From Trichoplax adhaerens (taxonomy: Eukaryota > Animalia > Placozoa): a stretch of DNA of 64,000 bases. The translations under genes were made by a program, and so were the position numbers. Numbering within the stretch: the first letter of the stretch is position 1; each line of letters begins with the position of its first letter. Location: the NCBI RefSeq assembly GCF_000150275.1, contig NW_002060943.1, positions 2,200,987 to 2,264,986 on the forward strand. Reading direction: 5' to 3'. This document shows positions 13,262 through 30,300 of the stretch, piece by piece. The notes below the pieces were generated by a model, which had not been told where the DNA came from, searched no databases, and saw only the letters and a program-made list of their open reading frames with translations.

Positions 13262-15818
13262 TTTGACTTCCTTAATGATTTTAGGATTACAATATATATA
13301 AATTTTTTTCGATACGATTCTACTCTTGATGAATTGAATGCTAAAACTGTTGCGATGATCAATCAGTGTTAGTAACAGGCGATCAGATCGGAGAAAGTGA
13401 TTTTTAATTCTTGCTCAAAGTTGACACAGCACAAATGAATCACTCGGTCTATTACTTTCCAATATTAAGTATCATCTATTAATAGAGGACGATGATTGAA
13501 TGATATCTAACGCATTCGATTCTTGGTGATAGGTTTTATAGGGTGAAGCATGCTAGTTTTGATAGAGTAGGGACTTGACCTTCTGCTTCCCTAGGTTTCC
13601 AAGCACGTGATTTTAACGGATGATTACTATTGATTTAGGTGATAAAAGTTGCTATGATACATAAAATAAATTTGTAAATTTATGCTCATATAAAGAATGT
13701 AAAATGCAATTATCCCAGTATTATCATAATGACAATAATCACTGCTATTCGATGATTAGGTTGATGAACTAATACTTATCATCTAGATGACGTCAAAAAA
13801 ACAAAAACAAAATAGGAGAAGCTTAACTTGGAGATATTATTAAACGCGAAATGATGCAGAATGACTAATCTGTCCGGTTGAGTAAACAGTATTTACTTTC
13901 CTACACTTACAGATCAAAATGCATTTATGTCATTATATAACCTGTAATGAACTAATTTAGCATCGCTCCATGATATTACTGTTACGAAACAATTTGCTAT
14001 TAATATTGATGATATTGATTGGTAAGTGCTCGAATGACAATACTTAATTCATATACTGAACTTACAAATTAACTTATTTAATTAATATTCCTTCCGTGGC
14101 TTCCTTCTAGGTAACCAACAACATCGACAAATATAACCATTGTCTAATTAAATTATGTGTTCCAGGTTCTTTGTCCGAAATAGCTATTGTATTGCGGCTA
14201 TAGAGGGATGATTATAGTGATTAATACAGTAGTCTTTTTTTATGGCTATATCTGAATATTCTCTGTTAAAATACTCTCTTGATGATTTCTTTGTAAAGCA
14301 AAAAAGAAATTATTCAGATTAGCAGGAATAAAGATGTTGATGCATGCAAAATTCAGTAATTGATACGGTGAACAATACAAATTACTTTCATGTACTGCTA
14401 CTTTGTTAAGATATCAGCGCAGAATATTATTTCACGACAGGATATTATGTTGATAATTATTAACAATCGTTATAGCACGATTGATAAAGGATAAGAATAA
14501 AGCTCGGCTTGAAAGTGATATTTATGATTCATTCATATTTAGATCATTAGTAGATAGGTGTGCAATTAAGCTTACAGTAGGATGTTATTTCTCTACTGTG
14601 CTATGATATCGTCAATAACGGTATCATCGGATGTCTCCTATTGATAACGTAGGCAGATGTAAAGCAATAGCTTGCTCTTTGCTATAAAATTTACTGAAAG
14701 TGCGAGATGTGATACTTTATCTGGTCAAGAAATTTAATTGTATTTATTAGTTCATGACGTAGAAACAGGTTATAGCGACAGACTATGCAACGTATAAAAT
14801 AAAGCAAAAGTGATCATAGTCAGAAAATGAAAAGGAAGCGATTGAATTCAAAACTGAATCCGATGGTTTTAACAGCATAATTATTTTCTAACATTGAATT
14901 ACGAAAACTATTCAACTGGGAATACTTAGAAAATAGGCGCTCAATTAATTAATAATAAAAGTTATTAACTAACCCTGTCTAAGCTTACGGAGAAAGCGAT
15001 AGTTCCCAACCCTTGTTTAAATTGATAGGATTAGCAAGAACGGAGTCAATAGGCAAGGTTGAAGTACAAATTCTTCAAACATAAAGTATAATTTAATCGT
15101 AGATACAAGGGTAGATTTACAATGCTTCATTGATTAAAACTGAGGATCAAACGAATGTTACTTGCAACAACTACACGAACCCGTAAGGTAAAAAATAAGG
15201 GAATAATAATAATTAATACTTTCTTATACAGTAACTTAAATTTAAGTCTTTTGAAAGATTACATGTTGACGTCAAATCCTTTGCACGATTTCCTAAGAGT
15301 TCAACGGTAGTCTTGAAAACATATCACCAATAACTGAATAGTATTAACCGAATATACTTGTTTGTTCCATTCAAATTGTAATGATTCATGTAATCGCGCA
15401 TATTTATACAATTTCATACTTCAAGCCTGGCACATTTGTAAAGACACACGTAATATTTAATTAAATCTCTTTATTAACTACATTCCACCGGAATGCGTTC
15501 TGGCACATACAACGATAATGACAAAAAATCATGATCAGACACCAGAAATTGGAGCGGTTCGTTATAATTATTATTATGTATAATAACAAAAAGGCTAATA
15601 CCGAAGGGATTTTTAGTTCTTGCTGCCAGATTAATGAACTAATTAGCCATGAATAGCATTGATAATAACGTGTCATTAAAGCAAATAAGGATATCCTCTA
15701 GTTAAATATTAGAATAGCGTAAAAGTTTTAATACAACGCTACTTTTTATGACCATGTTACGCCTCAATCGCAGGGATCTAATAATTAACCGTGCTTGTAA
15801 GTTATTGGGTAAGTAGAT

Positions 15819-18992
<3,174 letters not shown>

Positions 18993-19059
18993 CTTGATTG
19001 CTGGCGTTCGTTTATTTAGAGTAGTGTTGCAATTAAAAGAAATTCAGTGTGCAGCAACG

Positions 19060-20250
19060 TTGATATACAGTACTGTACACTACTTTTACAGTAGTGTACC
19101 GTACCGGCTTGTGCTATACTGTACGTGACTGGCTTGCGCCTGCGGGTACAGTACGCACCAAGATAAATAATAATAAAATACTGTACAGTACAGTACAGTA
19201 CTGTATAGCGTTGCTGTTCTACCTGTACAGTGTACAGTACATACTGTATGTATGACGTACTGTACTGTAGCGGAGAATCTTATGAGGATCTTGTGACTGA
19301 ACAATATTCAATCACGTGGGTCTCGTCGTACGCGTAACGACGTCGAGAAATGAATGACGTCATGCATAAGAAAGCATTGTATCAGACTACCGGTAGTGTT
19401 AAGACTAATTTTGAAGTTAGTACTGTACACTTGTAGTGTACTGTATAGTACTGTACAGTACAGTACAGTACTAACCAGGTCTAACGAAAAAATGCTGCCA
19501 CCTACAGTACAGTACTGTAAAGGACTGTACTGTACTGTACTGTACAGTGTACAGTGTACAGTATTGCATCGAAGATACTGTACAGTAGGACTCTGAGTCA
19601 ACGTTGGACTCATGGAGTGCTCCTGTACTGTACTGTACTGTACACTGACCGTCCCTCGGACAGACAGAGTTCTATTACCAAGTGAAGGCGTAAACATCGA
19701 AAAAGACTACATTATCGGGTATAAATCATCTACTGTATGTCTATTTTTGAAATCACTGGTACTAATTTAAATAGCATTTACGGTTATGTATAAATTTCTT
19801 TAAGTAGAACTTTGTAATCGATAATAAGATTCAATATAATGTTACTTAATTGACAAAACATCAGTCCATTCAAAATCGACCTCTTGTATACTAAAGTACT
19901 CCCATAACGAAGTGTTTGGTACAGTACAGTACTGTACACTGCAATATTTGGACGAGATGAGGCTGAACATATCTGTCCGTCCAATAGCTACTGTACAGCG
20001 TACACTGTACAGTACTGTACTGTACAGTGCTCAAGAGTCTCTGCTAAAACCCTACAGTACAGTACAGTTGTACAGTACGGTATAGTACAGTATACTGTAC
20101 ACTGTACACTGTACAGTACAGTACAGTACAGACGTACTGTGCACCAATGATTGATATCACGTGATAGCTGCCTACAATAAGTACAAATTATAATAGATAA
20201 ATTCATATTCTGTCCGGTAGTAGCCTCCTTCTGTGTACTGTGTAGTGTGT
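19060..20250. repeat. ACTGT/ACAGT (TACAG)n low-complexity island upstream of cathepsin D
   Basis: Dense runs such as TACTGTACAGTACAGTACAGTACTGTA at 19066-19270, 19420-19645 and 19920-20250, interleaved with CpG-richer unique sequence. Confidence 0.9.
19312..19363. promoter_or_regulatory. E-box, CpG-rich palindrome and CRE cluster in the cathepsin D upstream region
   Basis: TCACGTGG at 19312-19319, nested inverted repeat TCTCGTCGTACGCGTAACGACGTCGAGA at 19321-19348, perfect ATGACGTCAT at 19354-19363. Confidence 0.5.
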
Positions 20251-23139
20251 AGTGTGTATGTCTCTCCAACGTTCTACCTATTTGCGTCCATTCTCAATCT
20301 ACAAATAAACCTGCTCTTCATCCTCTCATCATCTTCAACATTAACCATTGTGTATTTCAAGAAATCATATTACATATAGAATACGGTCTAGGACAATTGG
20401 ACGCGGATAATGACCGCTGTACAATGTAGTAAATGGAAAACAATATCAATACAGATTTGATATTACCAGGGTGGATTGAACACTTTGCAGCGTTCAATCC
20501 TATACTGTACAACGTCAAATTAATCCAATGCAGTAAAGTATCTCTTATACAGCGTAAAATTAATTTAATGCGATAAATTATCCGGTTTGGATACAAAAAA
20601 CGTAATATGTTTTCTATTGAGTTCAAAGTTGTCTTCACTACAGCTAAATACTAACTGTAAATATTACTGTATGGAAGCGTAGTTTGCGTACTACTTAGCT
20701 ACAGTAATAGTAAACAATGTTCATACGGTACATGTATATCGAATAACCCTATCCATGTTTATGAATTAAATTAAATTACTGTATGATATAGCGCGCAAAA
20801 TATACTGTACAGTTGTTACGCGTATATGACAAAATACAATCTTATGAATAATGTTTGCAATGCATACAGCCAGCCAAGTATGTATGTAAATCTGGAACTA
20901 AAATGACGGTGTAAACTATTTCAATGCCCGGTTGCTAATGACTATTGCGGATCTGAATTATCATTTTTCTTCTGGAGGGTACTAACTAATATTGTAAAGC
21001 AAACAAGGGTGTCGAGGGGGCGACGTCATTTTCGTTGCAAAGTGATGCTTTATATTTTTAGTGCATAAACCGTTTTAGACTTTTAATTACTTACTTAAAT
21101 AAAGATAATAGTCATAGTGAGGATAAGACATAAGCTTATGTATGTACAGTGTATTTACCAAGTCTCTATATGTATTACTGACAGTAAATGTATGTATTAT
21201 TGCTATGTACAGTATTACCGTAAATTTTGCATAAACAGTTGTAACAAAGTTTAGTAAACGTGTCTGTAAAGTTAATTTATACAAGTAAACGATCTATATG
21301 GCTGGTAATTACTAGTAAGGCATTAGACGTAGTTGTCTCGGATTGACTATCATGTTTAGAACATGATAAGATAGTTACAAACACTTACAATACATGCTGT
21401 TACATGCTGTACATACCAGAATACTCATTATACTAACAAATTATGTGGTTACAATGTACTGTATAAGCCAACAAATTACAATGATCCGTTTGATTTATCC
21501 CCTGGATATTATTGTGTGTGAGCGTATCGATAATTAATAGGTTATAGATTGACTTGAAATTATTCAATTTCAGCGATTTTATAAAATAAGTTTTGTCAGA
21601 TGTACTTGTCTTTATTAGACTGCTCTTTAATCGTATTTGTGTAATTCAAGCAGTCAGGCGTAGGTTCTAATTTGCAAGTTTTTAGTTTTTACGTTCAGAC
21701 GCATAGTATTGACTTCACAATCCATAATTATACATATCCAAGCAGGATTCGAGAAAAATTAGCAAGTCAAACTTTAATCTGCTCTTATTGATAAAATAGA
21801 AGCGTAAAACAGTGCTAGTATGTGTATCTGTAGATGCGTTAAAGCAAATGATGATTACTTTATTAATTTTCTATCATTTTAAACTATTACATGTTCAAGA
21901 TCTTCGTTAGCTTAGCCGTAGCTCTAATGTATGTGCCTGATCGTATAACATGATTTCTCCATCATTAGTGCTTCATTATTTTTTAAGATTTAATCATGTA
22001 ATGCTCTTAGAACGCTCCTAACTCGTTATTTTATAATTTCGCTTACCGTTAACATTTTTAATTGTAATTTTAAATACAATTTATATTTATTATTAGCCGT
22101 AACGATCAACAACTGCAGCAAGTGCCGGTATCCAATTCAAATCCATATTTAGTGAATTATTTAAAGCATATTCATAATATTGCATAATATGAAATTTTAT
22201 CACCTATAGTATTGTAGATCTGTAAATGTTTACAATGTGGCACTGAGATATGGTCAATTAGGTATTTTCCACATGCTGATAATGTTTTTAGCTCAAAGCA
22301 AGGTGTACGATGACAGAGAGCCTAGATTTTTACTTTATAGAGGCACCTTCTATGCTATTGCAATACATTCTTTACTTAGTTATACGCTGTATCATGGACT
22401 ACTAGATGCACTAGATATATTTTAATAGTCCGTGGCTGTATATACTGTAAGATGACAATGTGGTGACATTAGTAATGGCTACAGTCAATATGTAACTTCA
22501 AATTAGTATAATTCGATCACTGGAAATTGGGTCCGATCATTAAAGATAAATTTGAGTTACGGAGTATTTACTTTAGAGTTTATACTTTGCTTGTAGCTTT
22601 TATGAGCTGAAATTATTGTCGATGTTTATGATTATCCCTTAAAGAGTGAAGTCGGTGATTCACGGATCAAACGTTGCAATACTGCTATTCTTTGCAATGT
22701 TTGCATAAGAAATTATAATTCCTAATTATGCAATAAGGAACTGTTGCTATGCACAATTATACCTGCTTTATTCAACTGCGGGCATATCAATGCTATGGCC
22801 TACTTTAAGATTCCAAATACTGTAAATCTGATAGAAGCATAATCTTTTTTGAATTTCCGGAGATACACCTAAAGCTACACCTTGGTTGCGAAAATTGCAT
22901 GATATTGCTACATGTATTCTTGAGCACTGTAGCATTTTGTCTCACAGCTATAAATATGTTTACTTACAATAGCGTACACGCCTTATTCTTGGCATCGTTT
23001 GCAGACATTGACTGTACTTATATATACGATTATATATAATTTTAATATATTTATAAAGCCGTTCCAAGGTTAACTATTCGTGGTTGACATCACTCGATAC
23101 TGTTTAGGAAAACACATATGTTTGGGGTGGTTGTGCCTG

Positions 23140-24500
23140 GTACACTATTGTACACTGTACAGTATAGTACTCCAATTAGTCCAATAGCCTGTTATGATCG
23201 GCAGCTCTGCAAGATTTCATCATTTTCGGCTATTGTACTAGATTCCTAATCAACTTCTTACAACATCAAAGTATCAAATTACGGGAATACATAAATTTAC
23301 TGTTAGTATTGCTAATAAGATTACTGATAGTATGGCTGATAGCTCATCACTGAGTTAGCAGGCCGTGTAGCTCGGTGCCGGTACCGATACTCATTTCATG
23401 CCACTTGTGAATGTCGTATATGGTGCGCCGGGTAAATAAATAAGTACAGTACTGTACAAGGCAAATTGGTCATGCCGTTGGCTTTCATTTTTTACAAAAT
23501 CAATTTGCAATTTTACGACATCGTGTACTGTAGAAAGAAGCACCATCAAACCAGGGATCTTTCTCTGTCAGAAGTCCCTGATGTTGATAGATTATGTTAA
23601 GTACTTGTCGTACATTTGTAATACGTACCGAACCGAACTACGTACACTGCTGTATGTTACCATTAATACGCATTCTTACTGTATTCATTATGTATAAATA
23701 GCCCTGCCTAATTTACAATAAAGACCTTCTTACAAACACGTTACACCTGACCAAACTTGGCTACGCCGTGACATGGAGTTGGTGTATCCTACAGTATACA
23801 AAGTCTACAACAGTTAACTCCCAGTTTATGTGTTTTTAAATTTAATTTATTTATTAACAATAAATAATGTTACATCATACAGAGTTTACCGATGTTGGGA
23901 GAATCATTGGTGGAGTGTGTTTACTGTGCTGTACTGTAGAGGACAGTTAAAAGGTTCATCAAGTGCAGCAGAGGCACTGTGCTGTACAGTTTCAGTATGT
24001 ACAGTATGTATAGTAATATAGTATACAGTACATCGCAATTGGATAGTCAGTGCAATCTGCCTGGTACTGTCTATACGATAGATGATGGTGTTTATTTTAA
24101 AATTTGTTAATAATTTTAAATATTTATTTACAACATGGACCTCTAGAATGATAGAATCATACTGAGCATTGAAGTACAGTACTAGAGAGTAGAATAATAG
24201 TATTGTAAAGTTCCGTACGCCTTCGTACGGTAACCGTAGCGTACGTTACCGACCACTACAGTCTGAGTCCCTGGTCTACAGTGCATGACTGCCCAGTACG
24301 ACCAGATACTACTGTACTTTCCATACTGTACAGTACTGTACTGTACTGTACATTGTCTAGGAGTATACAGTACAATGCACTGTACACCATGACATGGAGT
24401 AGCATCAAGGTACTGTAACTATGGACACGTTTACAGTAAAGGGTCAAAGGTTTTCATTGTCGAGAGGCGTGGAAATAGATGACTAAGCAATAGTACTGTA
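23140..24500. repeat. ACTGT/ACAGT island(s) upstream of the SDR gene
   Basis: Clusters at about 23140-23170, 23445-23460, 23920-24030 and 24170-24420. Confidence 0.8.
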
Positions 24501-24789
24501 AGGTATTGTACGGAAAGCGTCCCCAGCGTTTCTCAGCCATACAGACGTATACAATCAATACGAATCAATCTTTACGGTGGGGTCAATGCTTGCCTCAACT
24601 TGATACTGTAAATCTGGAGCCATGGACGGTAGAAGGAAGTCTATTTAAAGTCCAGATTTCCAAGGCTAATCGGCATGTGGCATTGAGATTCTCTAGCGTC
24701 GCATAGTTTACGCAGTATCGCATTGTTCTAGCGTTGTTATATTCAACTTGTTATTATCATCACCTTCCGTCAAGTTCAAAAGATTCAAA

Positions 24790-25668
24790 ATGGCAAAAGT
24801 AGCAATTGTAACTGGATGCTCATCTGGAATTGGCCTTAAATCGGCTATCACCCTTGCAAAAGATCCTGCATACAAAGTCTATGCAACCATGCGTAACTTG
24901 GCAAAGAAAGCCACCTTAGCTGAAGAAGCTGGCAAAAACTTAGATAAGAGTCTGTTTATTCGGGAAATGGATGTTTCATCGGATAGCAGTGTCGAAAAAG
25001 CGGTTAAAGACATCATTGCTGCCGAGGGTAGAGTTGATGTTGTTATCAACAATGCTGGTCAAGGTTTATTTCACCCTAATGAAACACTACCAATGGAAGT
25101 TGCTGAAAGTATCATGAACTGTAACTTTCTGGGTACTGTTCGTGTTTGCAAAGCTGTTTTGCCCACAATGAAGAAACAAAGATCAGGTCATATCATCAAC
25201 GTTAGCAGCCTTGGTGGATGTATCGCTGTTCCTTTCAATGCGGTCTACTGCGCTTCCAAATTTGCTATGGATGGCTACAGTGAAGCTCTGGCACCTGAAT
25301 TGCGCCGTTTCAATGTCAACGTATCGGTCGTATGTCCAGGGCCAGTTAGCACCAGCTTCGTTGATAATGTTAAGGCTATGAACCAAGAAAAGGATCTCGA
25401 CATGTTTGAAGCTGAACCAGAAACGAAAGAAATTATCCAGACCGTATTTACTACCATGTTTAATCGTTTCTCGCATTTAGGACAGACCCCTCAAGATATT
25501 GCTGATGTTATTGTTGCCTTGATGAAGGAAGAGAAGCCAAGATATAGGGTTGCAACTAGTGAAGGTCTGACAAAGTACATTGATTTGAAATTCAAAGATA
25601 GTTCTGGTGATGACATAATCAAGCTTTCCTACGATAATTATGTCTGCGGAAAAGCACCCACCTCCTAA
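24790..25668 (+). CDS. Classical short-chain dehydrogenase/reductase, RDH8/17beta-HSD1-like, intronless, ~292 aa from ATG 24790
   Basis: TGCSSGIG cofactor motif, VYATMRNL, NNAG, catalytic S...YCASK, CPGPV. The ORF-track start at 24748 is a TTG; the first ATG is at 24790. Confidence 0.93.
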   Translation: MAKVAIVTGCSSGIGLKSAITLAKDPAYKVYATMRNLAKKATLAEEAGKNLDKSLFIREMDVSSDSSVEKAVKDIIAAEGRVDVVINNAGQGLFHPNETLPMEVAESIMNCNFLGTVRVCKAVLPTMKKQRSGHIINVSSLGGCIAVPFNAVYCASKFAMDGYSEALAPELRRFNVNVSVVCPGPVSTSFVDNVKAMNQEKDLDMFEAEPETKEIIQTVFTTMFNRFSHLGQTPQDIADVIVALMKEEKPRYRVATSEGLTKYIDLKFKDSSGDDIIKLSYDNYVCGKAPTS

Positions 25669-27361
25669 AAAGTTGGCTGGATACCCCAAAACATCGAACC
25701 TCCTTCATGTGGCACATCACCACACATCAATCCATTATGGTTTCTTCGCTACGTTGGCTTGTTCCTCGTAGTTTATAAATCGAAATAGATTAGCGCCTAA
25801 ATTTAAAGTAAACATTACTACTGCCTTTTGCATTTCCTTACTTTGATACGGGAGTTATCAGTACAAGTACCGTGCTATTTTATTTTTCCTTCAGATAACA
25901 CACTTTCAAATGAATAAATGCATTAACACCCATGAATCTATTCTATTTTTGGCTGTTGTATCACGATTAAACTCGTGACTTATCAATCTTACAATTGCTC
26001 GCAATGCTGTGAAGATTGTGAAATATAGCACTAGTATCATTGTACAAATATGTATAACTGTCGTAAGTGCAAACAGCGACTGACATTTGAATCGAAGTCG
26101 TTTATCAGCAGAACTCCTGTAGCCTCTTAGTGTTGTAGTATCAATTCTTGACATTAGATTCTGAGGAACTGCTGTAAACTGCGTACCATCAACCAAATTT
26201 TTGAAGGCTTGATCATTTCCTGTTATTAATTAGCGTAGTATACTAATTAACTATAGCCCTATTTACAAATTTAACGTAATAAAGCATAAGCGATGCTTGG
26301 AAACTAAAAAAATGTGGTATTGCTTGTTGCATGATCAGTTAACTACTTCATATTCTACAATTTTGTCCATGACGCGATATCGAATTAATTTAAAGCCTAC
26401 TTAATTAGATTTCTATCAAGTTTATTACATCTAATTCAGTAGCCAGTGTTACGAGCAAAGTAAATTAGCCAAAATCATTTGGAAATATACTCGTATATCT
26501 GTATTTGAGCGTATACCGATTGTGTAATAGCAGTAGTACTCATCGCTAAATCAAATACAAAATTTGAGAATGCGAGGATGCAGCACATAATTAGACATTC
26601 TACGGTAGTTAAAGGTAAACTAGTTGTTAACACGATCCGCATCCAAAATTGATCATTGCCAATTTACAGAAGTGGATTTTCAACATGCGCAATTCCATCA
26701 TAGTTAGACTAGTACTCAGTAAATTCACCAATTATACGCGCTTTATTTTATGGCATTGCAAATCTTAATGCTTACTAAAACAGGATATAACTCAATTTTT
26801 AAATTGGTATTAACAATAATAATACATTGTACGAATATAGTACGCTTATGTATAGTTATGCTTCTTGTAATGACCCTTTCTATAATTATAATTAATACAC
26901 GTATTACATAGACAACTGATTCCATCAACGATATCTTTGCTCTGTAATATTGATAAGTGATAATATATGTTTAAAACATTCTTGGATCCTTTAAATTTAA
27001 TTTATAATTAATTTCAGTCAGTATTTTTATACAATTTAAAGATGCTTTCATACACTAATATCTTTAATGTATTATTTAGTAACAGTAAGAATAACAGGTG
27101 CTTTAAGGTATGATTTCAACTGCCAGTAAATTTTATTAGAGAAAAAAGAATTACATTTCAAGTTATTAATACAACTTTTATATCTCATATACTGTATTAA
27201 CCTTAAGCATACCAATGCAGGAAACGACCATCCTTATACCTTATTATGTACATAATAATATAGAAGTGTCGAATATTGTAAATTACTGTAAATAATGCTG
27301 TTTTTCATACATGTATTTCCATTTTTCCTCAGATAAGAAATTTTAGACGGACCTTTACCGT

Positions 27362-30300
27362 TTAGGATGGCTGACCTCCAGTTTTACTCAACTAACAGTT
27401 AAATGGTAATGAACGGGCCCAGTTAGAAATAGTATAAAAAATATTTTGAATCAGCTTTAAGCAATTGATAACATAATCTATACTTACGTGCTAGATTGAT
27501 GAGTACGGTATTCCCGTTAAGCGACGTCATGTGAAAGAATAACAAAGTTGATATTAATAACAGTTTCTTAACTCAACGGAAACTCATACGTGAATATGAT
27601 TTTTTACACGTTGAGCTACACTATAGTTACTGTGCAAAGCTGAAAATTACTTAAGAGACGATACGTGCAATTATGACTCCGTTAACTACTAGAAACAAAA
27701 ATGCTATCTTCAGTACAGTATAATGTGGAGTTGCGAATACCACTCATTAAATTGTATAATTGATACCTTTATTATATCTACCCAGTTCCATCCTCGAGGT
27801 CTTTCGTCATTTAAGACTGTTAACAATTAGATAGATGTAAAAATACCTTTACGGAACGTGGCAATCATATGAATTGGAAAGTTCGTACTGTAAGTTAATA
27901 ACTATTGAGATCCGGATAGAATACTAAGTTCATACTTACAGCCTCTGTCCGCTAATCTCCGCTTCTGCTGCTTTGATAGATGTTCTTTTTTGTCCTTTAC
28001 AGTAGTGGTTGATTTCACTTGGTCAGACTCATGTTTATTCCCCTCAGACTAGAAGCATTTATGAATTCATCACAAGTTATTAATAATACTGGTGATTAAC
28101 AGTTTCTTTAATTAAACATTATTACTTCTTGTTGATTGCTTTCCTGAACTACTATTAACTCATCCAGATGTTCCTTGATCCATTCAAATAATGTATACGT
28201 TAAAGCCGATCCGATTAATTCTTGAGACTATTGTAAAAAATAGATAGATGGCAAAATAAGATTGATGGTTATTACTGGTATAATAAAAGTTTAAGTAATC
28301 CTCTTATATGTTAGTAAATTTTCAGTTTTCAATTCAATTAATATTGAAGTCAGGTCATTAATTGGAAACAGTGGCCATGGACAGTTTCAGAATAACATTT
28401 AGAATTAATGCAGTAATATAAAGATGCTTGCTCATTTGCAATCAATACTGTAGAAGTTGAGCTGCTATTCGCAAGATCTTTTTTGTGGTATGATTGAATT
28501 TTCGAAAGGATAGTGAAAATAACTCCATTAAGATAAGGATGTTTGATCGTTAATATGGTATATGATTAATCAATAAATAATTCTTTCCTGGAAAGATTTT
28601 TGATTTACGTTTTGAGGTAGAATAGAACCATACATCTATTCATGTACTTTATTTTTCAATCAAAATACGATAAATTAAGTTTCGTTATTGTATTTCATCT
28701 TAATTTTGTAGCATTGCAATTTACACTCATTATGCAATGACGACTTTAGATATCAAAATCTTTATGACTTTAAATAGAACAAGGAATGTACTTATGGTAC
28801 TATCACACAACCGAAATCAAACAGCGTTTAATTAAAATTATAAACTTAACATTATTATCGTTATCAGTGTCGAGAGTCTACAGAAATATTACGTTACCTC
28901 CAGCAGTAATCTGTCGACGATTGACTTTTTTTGTGTAGAGTTTCTGTAGTTAGATAATGATATGTGTAAATTTGCATTCTGATATGGCTTTACGGGCATA
29001 TTACAGAATCGACGGAATTGCTAATTTATTGAATATTTCACATGGAAATTGCTATTGAAAGAACTTACAGGTGATTATTATAAAATGCATCTAAATTGAA
29101 TTCGGGAAGAGCGTCGGGATAATTTTCAGTCCATATAATATGAACTAAGAATGATTTTGGGCTTCCTTCATCTCCAAACTATATTAAAATGAAATGAGAT
29201 ACAGTTAAGTTCCAATAAAGATTTGCAGTAGTGATCTCTACAGGGAATCAATACAACTGAAATGTTGTCATCTGTGAAATAGTTCGCTATCCATTCATGA
29301 TTTACACGAATTTGCTCAATGGCCGATACTGAAATATCAGCGTTATTAGGCTACTGTTAGAACAGTTTGTAATTCATTTCCAAATTTTAAAGTGTTGGTA
29401 AGGTGTCCGCTGTAAATTTTTTACTGATAGCTATTAATACGAATGACAGTATAGGCTATATACTAGTATACGTATATAGGAGAACTGATTGAATAGTTAA
29501 GCATACGCGTATACTATATCTTGGGTCAGACTGCATGCAATCTACTTGTATACCACCTAAATTGCGTGATCAGATTCAGATTTAGTACACAATCTGACGT
29601 CTAAGCAAACGTGAATATTCATCGTTTTATATTACCACACGTCTATATGCTACATATTCTGTAAGAGTATAATGACTATAACGCAAGTCAATATATCAAT
29701 GTACGTATTGCAGATAGCATAAGTGTCATATCTAATAAAATACTACACTATTTTTAACCAAATGCTCAGATCTTTTGTAGAAAAAAGGCTCTGATTTTAG
29801 ATACTCGTATACTATCCAATCACAGTGTCATAATCTGATGACTAGTACTGCTATGCTAATACCAATACAGTATTTGCTACTTTTGCTGTATGAATATCAA
29901 CGATCCAATGCTCTTTTCATGAATTGACGCGTTATTGATTTTATAATTATTATTATACGATATTAATCGTATGATTATAACTTTGATGAGTTTACTTCCT
30001 AAAATTAGTTGTTAGCGAACCATGAAGGAAAATCGTTGATCGGATATTTTCTTGAAATTTTCATCGGATTCGTAAATCGAGCATAAAACTTCAGCTTCCT
30101 CCTACGGTAATAAATATACAATGAATTGTATGTAGACGTTTAGAGAGCCAGTAATAGATTGACCGGAGTCCTGATTATACAGTATATCTATATACTACTA
30201 GTCATGACAATATAATGTATTATATGTCGTAGTACTGTAATTGATTAAAATTACGTTAATATCCACGAGATCTACTGTACATTACCCATGTTTATCAAGG

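Noticed and set aside
20144-20164. CCAAT plus CACG as an ER-stress element (ERSE)
   Set aside because: It does not match CCAAT-N9-CCACG in spacing or sequence.
19086-20269. ORFs rich in YSTVQYCTV on both strands
   Set aside because: They are translations of the stop-poor ACTGT/ACAGT repeat, open in several frames at once, with no protein signature.
20473-20500. 9-bp perfect hairpin GGATTGAAC/GTTCAATCC resembling a tRNA T-arm/B-box
   Set aside because: No cloverleaf or A-box nearby; an isolated 9-bp stem is weak evidence.
25183-25689. Antisense ORFs over the SDR
   Set aside because: Shadow ORFs of the sense coding sequence.
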